Origin: Laetmonice hystrix | Lineage: Eukaryota | DNA: 64,000 nucleotides | Assembly: GCA_965235115.1 (NCBI GenBank) | Contig: OZ249436.1 | Coordinates: forward strand, 24,368,001 to 24,432,000 | Reading direction: 5' to 3' | Shown here: piece by piece, positions 26,501-41,500 of the stretch | Numbering within the stretch: position 1 is the first letter of the stretch | How the letters are laid out: each line of letters begins with the position of its first letter | Position numbers and translations under genes: made by a program | Notes under the pieces: generated by a model | Told to the model about the DNA's origin: nothing | Seen by the model: the letters and a program-made list of their open reading frames with translations, nothing else | Database searches by the model: none

Positions 26501-29500
26501 AAGTAACATTTATCCACGGTCTGGCCCAATAACGTGCAACAAGGCATAGTAAGTCAATGCGACCTCGCATGTCAAACCTAACCCGCCCCCCAGCACATGA
26601 GCTGGAGATATTCAAATAGCTTGAAAACTAGAATATAGCTTTGCTTAATACCATTATACCATCAACTCGCATTACAGGCCTAATGCGAAGCTCCCAGCCT
26701 AAAACGAGTTTCCAATTAATTTAAAGTTAACAAGATGCACTAATAATCGATTCCAAGCCTAATTAGGCCATTGCTAGTTGGATAACCAAATCTCATACAA
26801 AATACACCCTCCCGGCAGATGACCTGAGAATATTCAACTCTTATGTCCGATATATCCCTGTCCGCTTAGTAGCACCCAGCCGGGCCCCCATTTTGACATT
26901 GCAACACCAATACAGCAAGTGCCCAGCTAACAGCACAAATAACAGGATTCAGGGCTTCCTACCACGTTACAAGTCACAATAGATTGCTGCCTGTCGTAAA
27001 AATATACCAGACCATTTTAAAAAGTCACAGAACCCCAATCCGGCCCTAATATGTCACTCCCAGTACCAATACACTCTGGAAGCACCATCAACTGAAATTC
27101 AGGCCTAGAACCCACCTCTCTCTACCAATATCATGCACCTAGTCCGTATACGAGGTTGTAATTTACTTTAATCAACGGGCTGCGCCGCAGCAACCCACTC
27201 TGGTCTTTGCAATCTTTTTCAATATGCGTTAACATTTGTAACCAGCTCAACGCGCCTTGTAAAATTTTTCAAAGTGCGTAAAAGTGTGTGTCCACCCCGA
27301 CACGCTTTCCAAACCACTATACCCACCGAGCGACATCCACTCAAATACAGGCTTCGACCGATCCTCACTGTGCCAATAATCCGCCACAAGGCAAATTCAG
27401 TCAATGCAAGCTGGAAAATCGAATGTCAAACCTAATACTCCCCCCCCCAGCACGTTAACTGAAAATAATCAACTAGCTTGAAAACTAGAATATAGCTTTG
27501 TTTAGCTAACAATCTACTCTCCCAGCGCCATCAACTCGCATACAGGCGTAAAAGCAAACGCACTGCCCCATATAATGCTCCCAGCCTAAAACGATGTTGC
27601 AATTAATTTAAAATTAACAAGATGCACTAGTAATCCGATCCAAGCTTAATTACGTCATTGCTAGTTTCATAACCAAATCTCACAGAAAATACCCCACCCG
27701 CGCACATAACCTGAAAATATTCAACTTTTATCTCCAATGTATCCCTGTGCACCTAGTAGCACCCAAGCGGGCCCAATTTTGACATCCCAACACAAATACC
27801 GCAAATACCCGCCTAATGGCACAAAAAACTTTCTACCCCGTTGCAAGTCACATTAGCGTGCTGCTTGTCGTAAAAAATGGTGCAGACCATTTCTAAAGTC
27901 ACAGTACCCCACTCCCGGCCTAATATTACGTTTCAGTATCCATATACGCTGCAAGCGGCAGGAACTCGAATACAGGCCTAAAAGTAACCTCAGTCTAGCA
28001 ATATCATACTCCCATGCCATATACGAGCTTGTAATTATCTTTAATTAATGGGCTCCGCAGCACCAACCCACTGCATTAACATTTGTTTAACAGCTTAACA
28101 CACCTTGTAAAATTTTTTCAAGTGCGTAAAAATGCGTGTCCACCTCCACATACTTTAAAAATCACTATACCCACCCAGCGACATCCACTCTAATACACGC
28201 CTAAAAGGAACTTCACTGTCCCATTTGATTCTCCAGCACGTATAGGATGTTTCAAGTAACATTCATCCACGGTCTGGCCCAATAACGTGCAACAAGGCAT
28301 AGTAAGTCAATGCGAGCTCGCATGTCAAACCTAACCCGCCCCCAAGCACATGAGCTGAAAATATTCAAATAGCTTGAAAACTAGAATATAGCTTTGCTTA
28401 ATACCATTATACCATCAACTCGCATTACAGGCCTAATGCGAAGCTCCCAGCCTAAAACGAGTTTCCAATTAATTTAAAGTTAACAAGATGCACTAATAAT
28501 CGATTCCAAGCCTAATTAGGCCATTGCTAGTTGGATAACCAAATCTCATACAAAATACACCCTCCCGGCAGATGACCTGAGAATATTCAACTCTTATGTC
28601 CGATATATCCCTGTCCGCTTAGTAGCACCCAGCCGGGCCCCCATTTTGACATTGCAACACCAATACAGCAAGTGCCCAGCTAACAGCACAAATAACAGGA
28701 TTCAGGGCTTCCTACCACGTTACAAGTCACAATAGATTGCTGCCTGTCGTAAAAATATACCAGACCATTTTAAAAAGTCACAGAACCCCAATCCGGCCCT
28801 AATATGTCACTCCCAGTACCAATAGACGCTGGAAGCACCATCAACTGAAATTCAGGCCTAGAACCCACCTCTCTCTACCAATATCATGCACCTAGTCCGT
28901 ATACGAGGTTGTAATTTACCTTAATCAACGGGCTGCGCCGCAGCAACCCACTCTGGTCTTTGCAATCTTTTTCAATATGCGTTAACATTTGTGACCAGCT
29001 CAACGCGCCTTGTAAAATTTTTCAAAGTGCGTAAAAGTGTGTGTCCACCCCGACACGCTTTCCAAACCACTATACCCACCGAGCGACATCCACTCAAATA
29101 CAGGCTTCGACCGATCCTCACTGTGCCAATAATCCGCCACAAGGCAAATTCAGTCAATGCAAGCTGGAAAATCGAATGTCAAACCTAATGCTCCCCCCCC
29201 CAGCACGTTAACTGAAAATAATCAACTAGCTTGAAAACTAGAATATAGCTTTGTTAAGCTAACAATCTACTCTCCCAGCGCCATCAACTCGCATACAGGC
29301 GTAAAAGCAAACGCACTGCCCCATATAATGCTCCCAGCCTAAAACGATGTTGCAATTAATTTAAAATTAACAAGATGCACTAGTAATCCGATCCAAGCCT
29401 AATTACGTCATTGCTAGTTTCATAACCAAATCTCACAGAAAATACCCCACCCGCGCACATAACCTGAAAATATTCAACTTTTATCTCCAATGTATCCCTG

Positions 29501-32500
29501 TGCCCCTAGTAGCACCCAAGCGGGCCCAATTTTGACATTCCAACACAAATACCGCAAATACCCGCCTAATGGCACAAAAAACTTTCTACCCCGTTGCAAG
29601 TCACATTAGCTTGCTGCTTGTCGTAAAAAATGGTGCAGACCATTTCTAAAGTCACAGTACCCCACTCCCGGCCTAATATTACGTTTCAGTATCCATATAC
29701 GCTGCAAGCGGCAGGAACTCGAATACAGGCCTAAAAGTAACCCCAGTCTAGCAATATCATACTCTCATGCCATATACAAGCTTGTAATTATCTTTAATTA
29801 ATGGGCTCCGCAGCACCAACCCACTGCATTAACATTTGTTTAACAGCTTAACGCACCTTGTAAAAAATTTTCAAGTGCGTAAAAATGCGTGTCCACCTCC
29901 ACATACTTTAAACATCACTATACCCACCCAGCGACATTCACTCTAATACACGCCTAAGAGGAACTTCACTGTCCCATTTGATTCTCCAGCACGTATAGGA
30001 TGTTTCAAGTAACATTTATCCACGGTCTGGCCCAATAACGTGCAACAAGGCATAGTAAGTCAATGCGACCTCGCATGTCAAACCTAACCCGCCCCCCAGC
30101 ACATGAGCTGGAGATATTCAAATAGCTTGAAAACTAGAATATAGCTTTGCTTAATACCATTATACCATCAACTCGCATTACAGGCCTAATGCGAAGCTCC
30201 CAGCCTAAAACGAGTTTCCAATTAATTTAAAGTTAACAAGATGCACTAATAATCGATTCCAAGCCTAATTAGGCCATTGCTAGTTGGATAACCAAATCTC
30301 ATACAAAATACACCCTCCCGGCAGATGACCTGAGAATATTCAACTCTTATGTCCGATATATCCCTGTCCGCTTAGTAGCACCCAGCCGGGCCCCCATTTT
30401 GACATTGCAACACCAATACAGCAAGTGCCCAGCTAACAGCACAAATAACAGGATTCAGGGCTTCCTACCACGTTACAAGTCACAATAGATTGCTGCCTGT
30501 CGTAAAAATATACCAGACCATTTTAAAAAGTCACAGAACCCCAATCCGGCCCTAATATGTCACTCCCAGTACCAATAGACGCTGGAAGCACCATCAACTG
30601 AAATTCAGGCCTAGAACCCACCTCTCTCTACCAATATCATGCACCTAGTCCGTATACGAGGTTGTAATTTACTTTAATCAACGGGCTGCGCCGCAGCAAC
30701 CCACTCTGGTCTTTGCAATCTTTTTCAATATGCGTTAACATTTGTGACCAGCTCAACGCGCCTTGTAAAATTTTTCAAAGTGCGTAAAAGTGTGTGTCCA
30801 CCCCGACACGCTTTCCAAACCACTATACCCACCGAGCGACATCCACTCAAATACAGGCTTCGACCGATCCTCACTGTGCCAATAATCCGCCACAAGGCAA
30901 ATTCAGTCAATGCAAGCTGGAAAATCGAATGTCAAACCTAATGCTCCCCCCCCCCCAGCACGTTAACTGAAAAAAATCAACTAGCTTGAAAACTAGAATA
31001 TAGCTTTGTTTAGCTAACAATCTACTCTCCCAGCGCCATCAACTCGCATACAGGCGTAAAAGCAAACGCACTGCCCCATATAATGCTCCCAGCCTAAGAC
31101 GATGTTGCAATTAATTTAAGATTAACAAGATGCACTAGTAATCCGATCCAAGCCTAATTACGTCATTGCTAGTTTCATAACCAAATCTCACAGAAAATAC
31201 CCCACCCGCGCACATAACCTGAAAATATTTAACTTTTATCTCCAATGTATCCCTGTGCACCTAGTAGCACACAAGCGGGCCCAATTTTGACATCCCAACA
31301 CAAATACCGCAAATACCCGCCTAATGGCACAAAAAACTTTCTACCCCGTTGCAAGTCACATTAGCGTGCTGCTTGTCGTAAAAAATGGTGCAGACCATTT
31401 CTAAAGTCACAGTACCCCACTCCCGGCCTAATATTACGTTTCAGTATCCATATACGCTGCAAGCGGCAGGAACTCGAATACAGGCCTAAAAGTAACCTCA
31501 GTCTAGCAATATCATACTCCCATGCCATATACGAGCTTGTAATTATCTTTAATTAATGGGCTCCGCAGCACCAACCCACTGCATTAACATTTGTTTAACA
31601 GCTTAACGCACCTTGTAAAATTTTTTCAAGTGCGTAAAAATGCGTGTCCACCTCCACATACTTTAAAAATCACTATACCCACCCAGCGACATCCACTCTA
31701 ATACACGCCTAAAAGGAACTTCACTGTCCCATTTGATTCTCCAGCACGTATAGGATGTTTCAAGTAACATTCATCCACGGTCTGGCCCAATAACGTGCAG
31801 CAAGGCATAGTAAGTCAATGCGAGCTCGCATGTCAAACCTAACCCGCCCCCAAGCACATGAGCTGAAAATATTCAAATAGCTTGAAAACTAGAATATAGC
31901 TTTGCTTAATACCATTATACCATCAACTCGCATTACAGGCCTAATGCGAAGCTCCCAGCCTAAAACGAGTTTCCAATTAATTTAAAGTTAACAAGATGCA
32001 CTAATAATCGATTCCAAGCCTAATTAGGCCATTGCTAGTTGGATAACCAAATCTCATACAAAATACACCCTCCCGGCAGATGACCTGAGAATATTCAACT
32101 CTTATGTCCGATATATCCCTGTCCGCTTAGTAGCACCCAGCCGGGCCCCCATTTTGACATTGCAACACCAATACAGCAAGTGCCCAGCTAACAGCACAAA
32201 TAACAGGATTCAGGGCTTCCTACCACGTTACAAGTCACAATAGATTGCTGCCTGTCGTAAAAATATACCAGACCATTTTAAAAAGTCACAGAACCCCAAT
32301 CCGGCCCTAATATGTCACTCCCAGTACCAATACACGCTGGAAGCACCATCAACTGAAATTCAGGCCTAGAACCCACCTCTCTCTACCAATATCATGCACC
32401 TAGTCCGTATACGAGGTTGTAATTTACTTTAATCAACGGGCTGCGCCGCAGCAACCCACTCTGGTCTTTGCAATCTTTTTCAATATGCGTTAACATTTGT

Positions 32501-35500
32501 GACCAGCTCAACGCGCCTTGTAAAATTTTTCGAAGTGCGTAAAAGTGTGTGTCCACCCCGACACGCTTTCCAAACCACTATACCCACCGAGCGACATCCA
32601 CTCAAATACAGGCTTCGACCGATCCTCACTGTGCCAATAATCCGCCACAAGGCAAATTCAGTCAATGCAAGCTGGAAAATCGAATGTCAAACCTAATGCT
32701 CCCCCCCCAGCACGTTAACTGAAAAAAATCAACTAGCTTGAAAACTAGAATATAGCTTTGTTTAGCTAACAATCTACTCTCCCAGCGCCATCAACTCGCA
32801 TACAGGCGTAAAAGCAAACGCACTGCCCCATATAATGCTCCCAGCCTAAGACGATGTTGCAATTAATTTAAGATTAACAAGATGCACTAGTAATCCGATC
32901 CAAGCCTAATTACGTCATTGCTAGTTTCATAACCAAATCTCACAGAAAATACCCCACCCGCGCACATAACCTGAAAATATTCAACTTTTATCTCCAATGT
33001 ATCCCTGTGCACCTAGTAGCACCCAAGCGGGCCCAATTTTGACATTCCAACACAAATACCGCAAATACCCGCCTAATGGCACAAAAAAACTTTCTACCCC
33101 GTTGCAAGTCACATTAGCTTGCTGCTTGTCGTAAAAAATGGTGCAGACCATTTCTAAAGTCACAGTACCCCACTCCCGGCCTAATATTACGTTTCAGTAT
33201 CCATATACGCTGCAAGCGGCAAGAACTCGAATACAGGCCTAAAAGTAACCCCAGTCTAGCAATATCATACTCTCATGCCATATACGAGCTTGTAATTATC
33301 TTTAATTAATGGGCTCCGCAGCACCAACCCACTGCATTAACATTTGTTTAACAGCTTGACGCACCTTGTAAAAAATTTTCAAGTGCGTAAAAATGCGTGT
33401 CCACCTCCACATACTTTAAAAATCACTATACCCACCCAGCGACATTCACTCTAATACACGCCTAAGAGGAACTTCACTGTCCCATTTGATTCTCCAGCAC
33501 GTATAGGATGTTTCAAGTAACATTCATCCACGGTCTGGCCCAATAACGTGCAACAAGGCATAGTAAGTCAATGCGAGCTCGCATGTCAAACCTAACCCGC
33601 CCCCCAGCACATGAGCTGAAAATATTCAAATAGCTTGAAAACTAGAATATAGCTTTGCTTAATACCATTATACCATCAACTCGCATTACAGGCCTAATGC
33701 GAAGCTCCCAGCCTAAAACGAGTTTCCAATTAATTTAAAGTTAACAAGATGCACTAATAATCGATTCCAAGCCTAATTAGGCCATTGCTAGTTGGATAAC
33801 CAAATCTCATACAAAATACACCCTCCCGGCAGATGACCTGAGAATATTCAACTCTTATGTCCGATATATCCCTGTCCGCTTTGTAGCACCCAGCCGGGCC
33901 CCCATTTTGACATTGCAACACCAATACAGCAAGTGCCCAGCTAACAGCACAAATAACAGGATTCAGGGCTTCCTACCACGTTACAAGTCACAATAGATTG
34001 CTGCCTGTCGTAAAAATATACCAGACCATTTTAAAAAGTCACAGAACCCCAATCCGGCCCTAATATGTCACTCCCAGTACCAATACACTCTGGAAGCACC
34101 ATCAACTGAAATTCAGGCCTAGAACCCACCTCTCTCTACCAATATCATGCACCTAGTCCGTATACGAGGTTGTAATTTACTTTAATCAACGGGCTGCGCC
34201 GCAGCAACCCACTCTGGTCTTTGCAATCTTTTTCAATATGCGTTAACATTTGTAACCAGCTCAACGCGCCTTGTAAAATTTTTCAAAGTGCGTAAAAGTG
34301 TGTGTCCACCCCGACACGCTTTCCAAACCACTATACCCACCGAGCGACATCCACTCAAATACAGGCTTCGACCGATCCTCACTGTGCCAATAATCCGCCA
34401 CAAGGCAAATTCAGTCAATGCAAGCTGGAAAATCGAATGTCAAACCTAATACTCCCCCCCCCAGCACGTTAACTGAAAATAATCAACTAGCTTGAAAACT
34501 AGAATATAGCTTTGTTTAGCTAACAATCTACTCTCCCAGCGCCATCAACTCGCATACAGGCGTAAAAGCAAACGCACTGCCCCATATAATGCTCCCAGCC
34601 TAAAACGATGTTGCAATTAATTTAAAATTAACAAGATGCACTAGTAATCCGATCCAAGCTTAATTACGTCATTGCTAGTTTCATAACCAAATCTCACAGA
34701 AAATACCCCACCCGCGCACATAACCTGAAAATATTCAACTTTTATCTCCAATGTATCCCTGTGCACCTAGTAGCACCCAAGCGGGCCCAATTTTGACATC
34801 CCAACACAAATACCGCAAATACCCGCCTAATGGCACAAAAAACTTTCTACCCCGTTGCAAGTCACATTAGCGTGCTGCTTGTCGTAAAAAATGGTGCAGA
34901 CCATTTCTAAAGTCACAGTACCCCACTCCCGGCCTAATATTACGTTTCAGTATCCATATACGCTGCAAGCGGCAGGAACTCGAATACAGGCCTAAAAGTA
35001 ACCTCAGTCTAGCAATATCATACTCCCATGCCATATACGAGCTTGTAATTATCTTTAATTAATGGGCTCCGCAGCACCAACCCACTGCATTAACATTTGT
35101 TTAACAGCTTAACACACCTTGTAAAATTTTTTCAAGTGCGTAAAAATGCGTGTCCACCTCCACATACTTTAAAAATCACTATACCCACCCAGCGACATCC
35201 ACTCTAATACACGCCTAAAAGGAACTTCACTGTCCCATTTGATTCTCCAGCACGTATAGGATGTTTCAAGTAACATTCATCCACGGTCTGGCCCAATAAC
35301 GTGCAACAAGGCATAGTAAGTCAATGCGAGCTCGCATGTCAAACCTAACCCGCCCCCAAGCACATGAGCTGAAAATATTCAAATAGCTTGAAAACTAGAA
35401 TATAGCTTTGCTTAATACCATTATACCATCAACTCGCATTACAGGCCTAATGCGAAGCTCCCAGCCTAAAACGAGTTTCCAATTAATTTAAAGTTAACAA

Positions 35501-38500
35501 GATGCACTAATAATCGATTCCAAGCCTAATTAGGCCATTGCTAGTTGGATAACCAAATCTCATACAAAATACACCCTCCCGGCAGATGACCTGAGAATAT
35601 TCAACTCTTATGTCCGATATATCCCTGTCCGCTTAGTAGCACCCAGCCGGGCCCCCATTTTGACATTGCAACACCAATACAGCAAGTGCCCAGCTAACAG
35701 CACAAATAACAGGATTCAGGGCTTCCTACCACGTTACAAGTCACAATAGATTGCTGCCTGTCGTAAAAATATACCAGACCATTTTAAAAAGTCACAGAAC
35801 CCCAATCCGGCCCTAATATGTCACTCCCAGTACCAATAGACGCTGGAAGCACCATCAACTGAAATTCAGGCCTAGAACCCACCTCTCTCTACCAATATCA
35901 TGCACCTAGTCCGTATACGAGGTTGTAATTTCCTTTAATCAACGGGCTGCGCCGCAGCAACCCACTCTGGTCTTTGCAATCTTTTTCAATATGCGTTAAC
36001 ATTTGTGACCAGCTCAACGCGCCTTGTAAAATTTTTCAAAGTGCGTAAAAGTGTGTGTCCACCCCGACACGCTTTCCAAACCACTATACCCACCGAGCGA
36101 CATCCACTCAAATACAGGCTTCGACCGATCCTCACTGTGCCAATAATCCGCCACAAGGCAAATTCAGTCAATGCAAGCTGGAAAATCGAATGTCAAACCT
36201 AATGCTCCCCCCCCAGCACGTTAACTGAAAATAATCAACTAGCTTGAAAACTAGAATATAGCTTTGTTAAGCTAACAATCTACTCTCCCAGCGCCATCAA
36301 CTCGCATACAGGCGTAAAAGCAAACGCACTGCCCCATATAATGCTCCCAGCCTAAAACGATGTTGCAATTAATTTAAAATTAACAAGATGCACTAGTAAT
36401 CCGATCCAAGCCTAATTACGTCATTGCTAGTTTCATAACCAAATCTCACAGAAAATACCCCACCCGCGCACATAACCTGAAAATATTCAACTTTTATCTC
36501 CAATGTATCCCTGTGCACCTAGTAGCACCCAAGCGGGCCCAATTTTGACATTCCAACACAAATACCGCAAATACCCGCCTAATGGCACAAAAAACTTTCT
36601 ACCCCGTTGCAAGTCACATTAGCTTGCTGCTTGTCGTAAAAAATGGTGCAGACCATTTCTAAAGTCACAGTACCCCACTCCCGGCCTAATATTACGTTTC
36701 AGTATCCATATACGCTGCAAGCGGCAGGAACTCGAATACAGGCCTAAAAGTAACCCCAGTCTAGCAATATCATACTCTCATGCCATATACGAGCTTGTAA
36801 TTATCTTTAATTAATGGGCTCCGCAGCACCAACCCACTGCATTAACATTTGTTTAACAGCTTAACGCACCTTGTAAAAAATTTTCAAGTGCGTAAAAATG
36901 CGTGTCCACCTCCACATACTTTAAACATCACTATACCCACCCAGCGACATTCACTCTAATACACGCCTAAGAGGAACTTCACTGTCCCATTTGATTCTCC
37001 AGCACGTATAGGATGTTTCAAGTAACATTTATCCACGGTCTGGCCCAATAACGTGCAACAAGGCATAGTAAGTCAATGCGACCTCGCATGTCAAACCTAA
37101 CCCGCCCCCCAGCACATGAGCTGGAGATATTCAAATAGCTTGAAAACTAGAATATAGCTTTGCTTAATACCATTATACCATCAACTCGCATTACAGGCCT
37201 AATGCGAAGCTCCCAGCCTAAAACGAGTTTCCAATTAATTTAAAGTTAACAAGATGCACTAATAATCGATTCCAAGCCTAATTAGGCCATTGCTAGTTGG
37301 ATAACCAAATCTCATACAAAATACACCCTCCCGGCAGATGACCTGAGAATATTCAACTCTTATGTCCGATATATCCCTGTCCGCTTAGTAGCACCCAGCC
37401 GGGCCCCCATTTTGACATTGCAACACCAATACAGCAAGTGCCCAGCTAACAGCACAAATAACAGGATTCAGGGCTTCCTACCACGTTACAAGTCACAATA
37501 GATTGCTGCCTGTCGTAAAAATATACCAGACCATTTTAAAAAGTCACAGAACCCCAATCCGGCCCTAATATGTCACTCCCAGTACCAATACACTCTGGAA
37601 GCACCATCAACTGAAATTCAGGCCTAGAACCCACCTCTCTCTACCAATATCATGCACCTAGTCCGTATACGAGGTTGTAATTTACTTTAATCAACGGGCT
37701 GCGCCGCAGCAACCCACTCTGGTCTTTGCAATCTTTTTCAATATGCGTTAACATTTGTAACCAGCTCAACGCGCCTTGTAAAATTTTTCAAAGTGCGTAA
37801 AAGTGTGTGTCCACCCCGACACGCTTTCCAAACCACTATACCCACCGAGCGACATCCACTCAAATACAGGCTTCGACCGATCCTCACTGTGCCAATAATC
37901 CGCCACAAGGCAAATTCAGTCAATGCAAGCTGGAAAATCGAATGTCAAACCTAATACTCCCCCCCCCAGCACGTTAACTGAAAATAATCAACTAGCTTGA
38001 AAACTAGAATATAGCTTTGTTTAGCTAACAATCTACTCTCCCAGCGCCATCAACTCGCATACAGGCGTAAAAGCAAACGCACTGCCCCATATAATGCTCC
38101 CAGCCTAAAACGATGTTGCAATTAATTTAAAATTAACAAGATGCACTAGTAATCCGATCCAAGCTTAATTACGTCATTGCTAGTTTCATAACCAAATCTC
38201 ACAGAAAATACCCCACCCGCGCACATAACCTGAAAATATTCAACTTTTATCTCCAATGTATCCCTGTGCACCTAGTAGCACCCAAGCGGGCCCAATTTTG
38301 ACATCCCAACACAAATACCGCAAATACCCGCCTAATGGCACAAAAAACTTTCTACCCCGTTGCAAGTCACATTAGCGTGCTGCTTGTCGTAAAAAATGGT
38401 GCAGACCATTTCTAAAGTCACAGTACCCCACTCCCGGCCTAATATTACGTTTCAGTATCCATATACGCTGCAAGCGGCAGGAACTCGAATACAGGCCTAA

Positions 38501-38572
38501 AAGTAACCTCAGTCTAGCAATATCATACTCCCATGCCATATACGAGCTTGTAATTATCTTTAATTAATGGGC
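17536..38572. repeat. Tandem duplication of a 6-unit (~10.5 kb) block: 17536-28053 and 28054-38572
   Basis: Rare variants recur 10518-10519 bp apart: tgtgccccta (~18985 and ~29503, seen nowhere else) and ttcgaag (22013 and 32532). The same hybrid unit type starts at 26301 and 36820. Confidence 0.88.
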
Positions 38573-41500
38573 TCCGCAGCACCAACCCACTGCATTAACA
38601 TTTGTTTAACAGCTTAACACACCTTGTAAAATTTTTTCAAGTGCGTAAAAATGCGTGTCCACCTCCACATACTTTAAAAATCACTATACCCACCCAGCGA
38701 CATCCACTCTAATACACGCCTAAAAGGAACTTCACTGTCCCATTTGATTCTCCAGCACGTATAGGATGTTTCAAGTAACATTCATCCACGGTCTGGCCCA
38801 ATAACGTGCAACAAGGCATAGTAAGTCAATGCGAGCTCGCATGTCAAACCTAACCCGCCCCCAAGCACATGAGCTGAAAATATTCAAATAGCTTGAAAAC
38901 TAGAATATAGCTTTGCTTAATACCATTATACCATCAACTCGCATTACAGGCCTAATGCGAAGCTCCCAGCCTAAAACGAGTTTCCAATTAATTTAAAGTT
39001 AACAAGATGCACTAATAATCGATTCCAAGCCTAATTAGGCCATTGCTAGTTGGATAACCAAATCTCATACAAAATACACCCTCCCGGCAGATGACCTGAG
39101 AATATTCAACTCTTATGTCCGATATATCCCTGTCCGCTTAGTAGCACCCAGCCGGGCCCCCATTTTGACATTGCAACACCAATACAGCAAGTGCCCAGCT
39201 AACAGCACAAATAACAGGATTCAGGGCTTCCTACCACGTTACAAGTCACAATAGATTGCTGCCTGTCGTAAAAATATACCAGACCATTTTAAAAAGTCAC
39301 AGAACCCCAATCCGGCCCTAATATGTCACTCCCAGTACCAATAGACGCTGGAAGCACCATCAACTGAAATTCAGGCCTAGAACCCACCTCTCTCTACCAA
39401 TATCATGCACCTAGTCCGTATACGAGGTTGTAATTTCCTTTAATCAACGGGCTGCGCCGCAGCAACCCACTCTGGTCTTTGCAATCTTTTTCAATATGCG
39501 TTAACATTTGTGACCAGCTCAACGCGCCTTGTAAAATTTTTCAAAGTGCGTAAAAGTGTGTGTCCACCCCGACACGCTTTCCAAACCACTATACCCACCG
39601 AGCGACATCCACTCAAATACAGGCTTCGACCGATCCTCACTGTGCCAATAATCCGCCACAAGGCAAATTCAGTCAATGCAAGCTGGAAAATCGAATGTCA
39701 AACCTAATGCTCCCCCCCCAGCACGTTAACTGAAAATAATCAACTAGCTTGAAAACTAGAATATAGCTTTGTTAAGCTAACAATCTACTCTCCCAGCGCC
39801 ATCAACTCGCATACAGGCGTAAAAGCAAACGCACTGCCCCATATAATGCTCCCAGCCTAAAACGATGTTGCAATTAATTTAAAATTAACAAGATGCACTA
39901 GTAATCCGATCCAAGCCTAATTACGTCATTGCTAGTTTCATAACCAAATCTCACAGAAAATACCCCACCCGCGCACATAACCTGAAAATATTCAACTTTT
40001 ATCTCCAATGTATCCCTGTGCACCTAGTAGCACCCAAGCGGGCCCAATTTTGACATTCCAACACAAATACCGCAAATACCCGCCTAATGGCACAAAAAAC
40101 TTTCTACCCCGTTGCAAGTCACATTAGCTTGCTGCTTGTCGTAAAAAATGGTGCAGACCATTTCTAAAGTCACAGTACCCCACTCCCGGCCTAATATTAC
40201 GTTTCAGTATCCATATACGCTGCAAGCGGCAGGAACTCGAATACAGGCCTAAAAGTAACCCCAGTCTAGCAATATCATACTCTCATGCCATATACGAGCT
40301 TGTAATTATCTTTAATTAATGGGCTCCGCAGCACCAACCCACTGCATTAACATTTGTTTAACAGCTTAACGCACCTTGTAAAAAATTTTCAAGTGCGTAA
40401 AAATGCGTGTCCACCTCCACATACTTTAAACATCACTATACCCACCCAGCGACATTCACTCTAATACACGCCTAAGAGGAACTTCACTGTCCCATTTGAT
40501 TCTCCAGCACGTATAGGATGTTTCAAGTAACATTTATCCACGGTCTGGCCCAATAACGTGCAACAAGGCATAGTAAGTCAATGCGACCTCGCATGTCAAA
40601 CCTAACCCGCCCCCCAGCACATGAGCTGGAGATATTCAAATAGCTTGAAAACTAGAATATAGCTTTGCTTAATACCATTATACCATCAACTCGCATTACA
40701 GGCCTAATGCGAAGCTCCCAGCCTAAAACGAGTTTCCAATTAATTTAAAGTTAACAAGATGCACTAATAATCGATTCCAAGCCTAATTAGGCCATTGCTA
40801 GTTGGATAACCAAATCTCATACAAAATACACCCTCCCGGCAGATGACCTGAGAATATTCAACTCTTATGTCCGATATATCCCTGTCCGCTTAGTAGCACC
40901 CAGCCGGGCCCCCATTTTGACATTGCAACACCAATACAGCAAGTGCCCAGCTAACAGCACAAATAACAGGATTCAGGGCTTCCTACCACGTTACAAGTCA
41001 CAATAGATTGCTGCCTGTCGTAAAAATATACCAGACCATTTTAAAAAGTCACAGAACCCCAATCCGGCCCTAATATGTCACTCCCAGTACCAATAGACGC
41101 TGGAAGCACCATCAACTGAAATTCAGGCCTAGAACCCACCTCTCTCTACCAATATCATGCACCTAGTCCGTATACGAGGTTGTAATTTACTTTAATCAAC
41201 GGGCTGCGCCGCAGCAACCCACTCTGGTCTTTGCAATCTTTTTCAATATGCGTTAACATTTGTGACCAGCTCAACGCGCCTTGTAAAATTTTTCAAAGTG
41301 CGTAAAAGTGTGTGTCCACCCCGACACGCTTTCCAAACCACTATACCCACCGAGCGACATCCACTCAAATACAGGCTTCGACCGATCCTCACTGTGCCAA
41401 TAATCCGCCACAAGGCAAATTCAGTCAATGCAAGCTGGAAAATCGAATGTCAAACCTAATGCTCCCCCCCCCCAGCACGTTAACTGAAAAAAATCAACTA

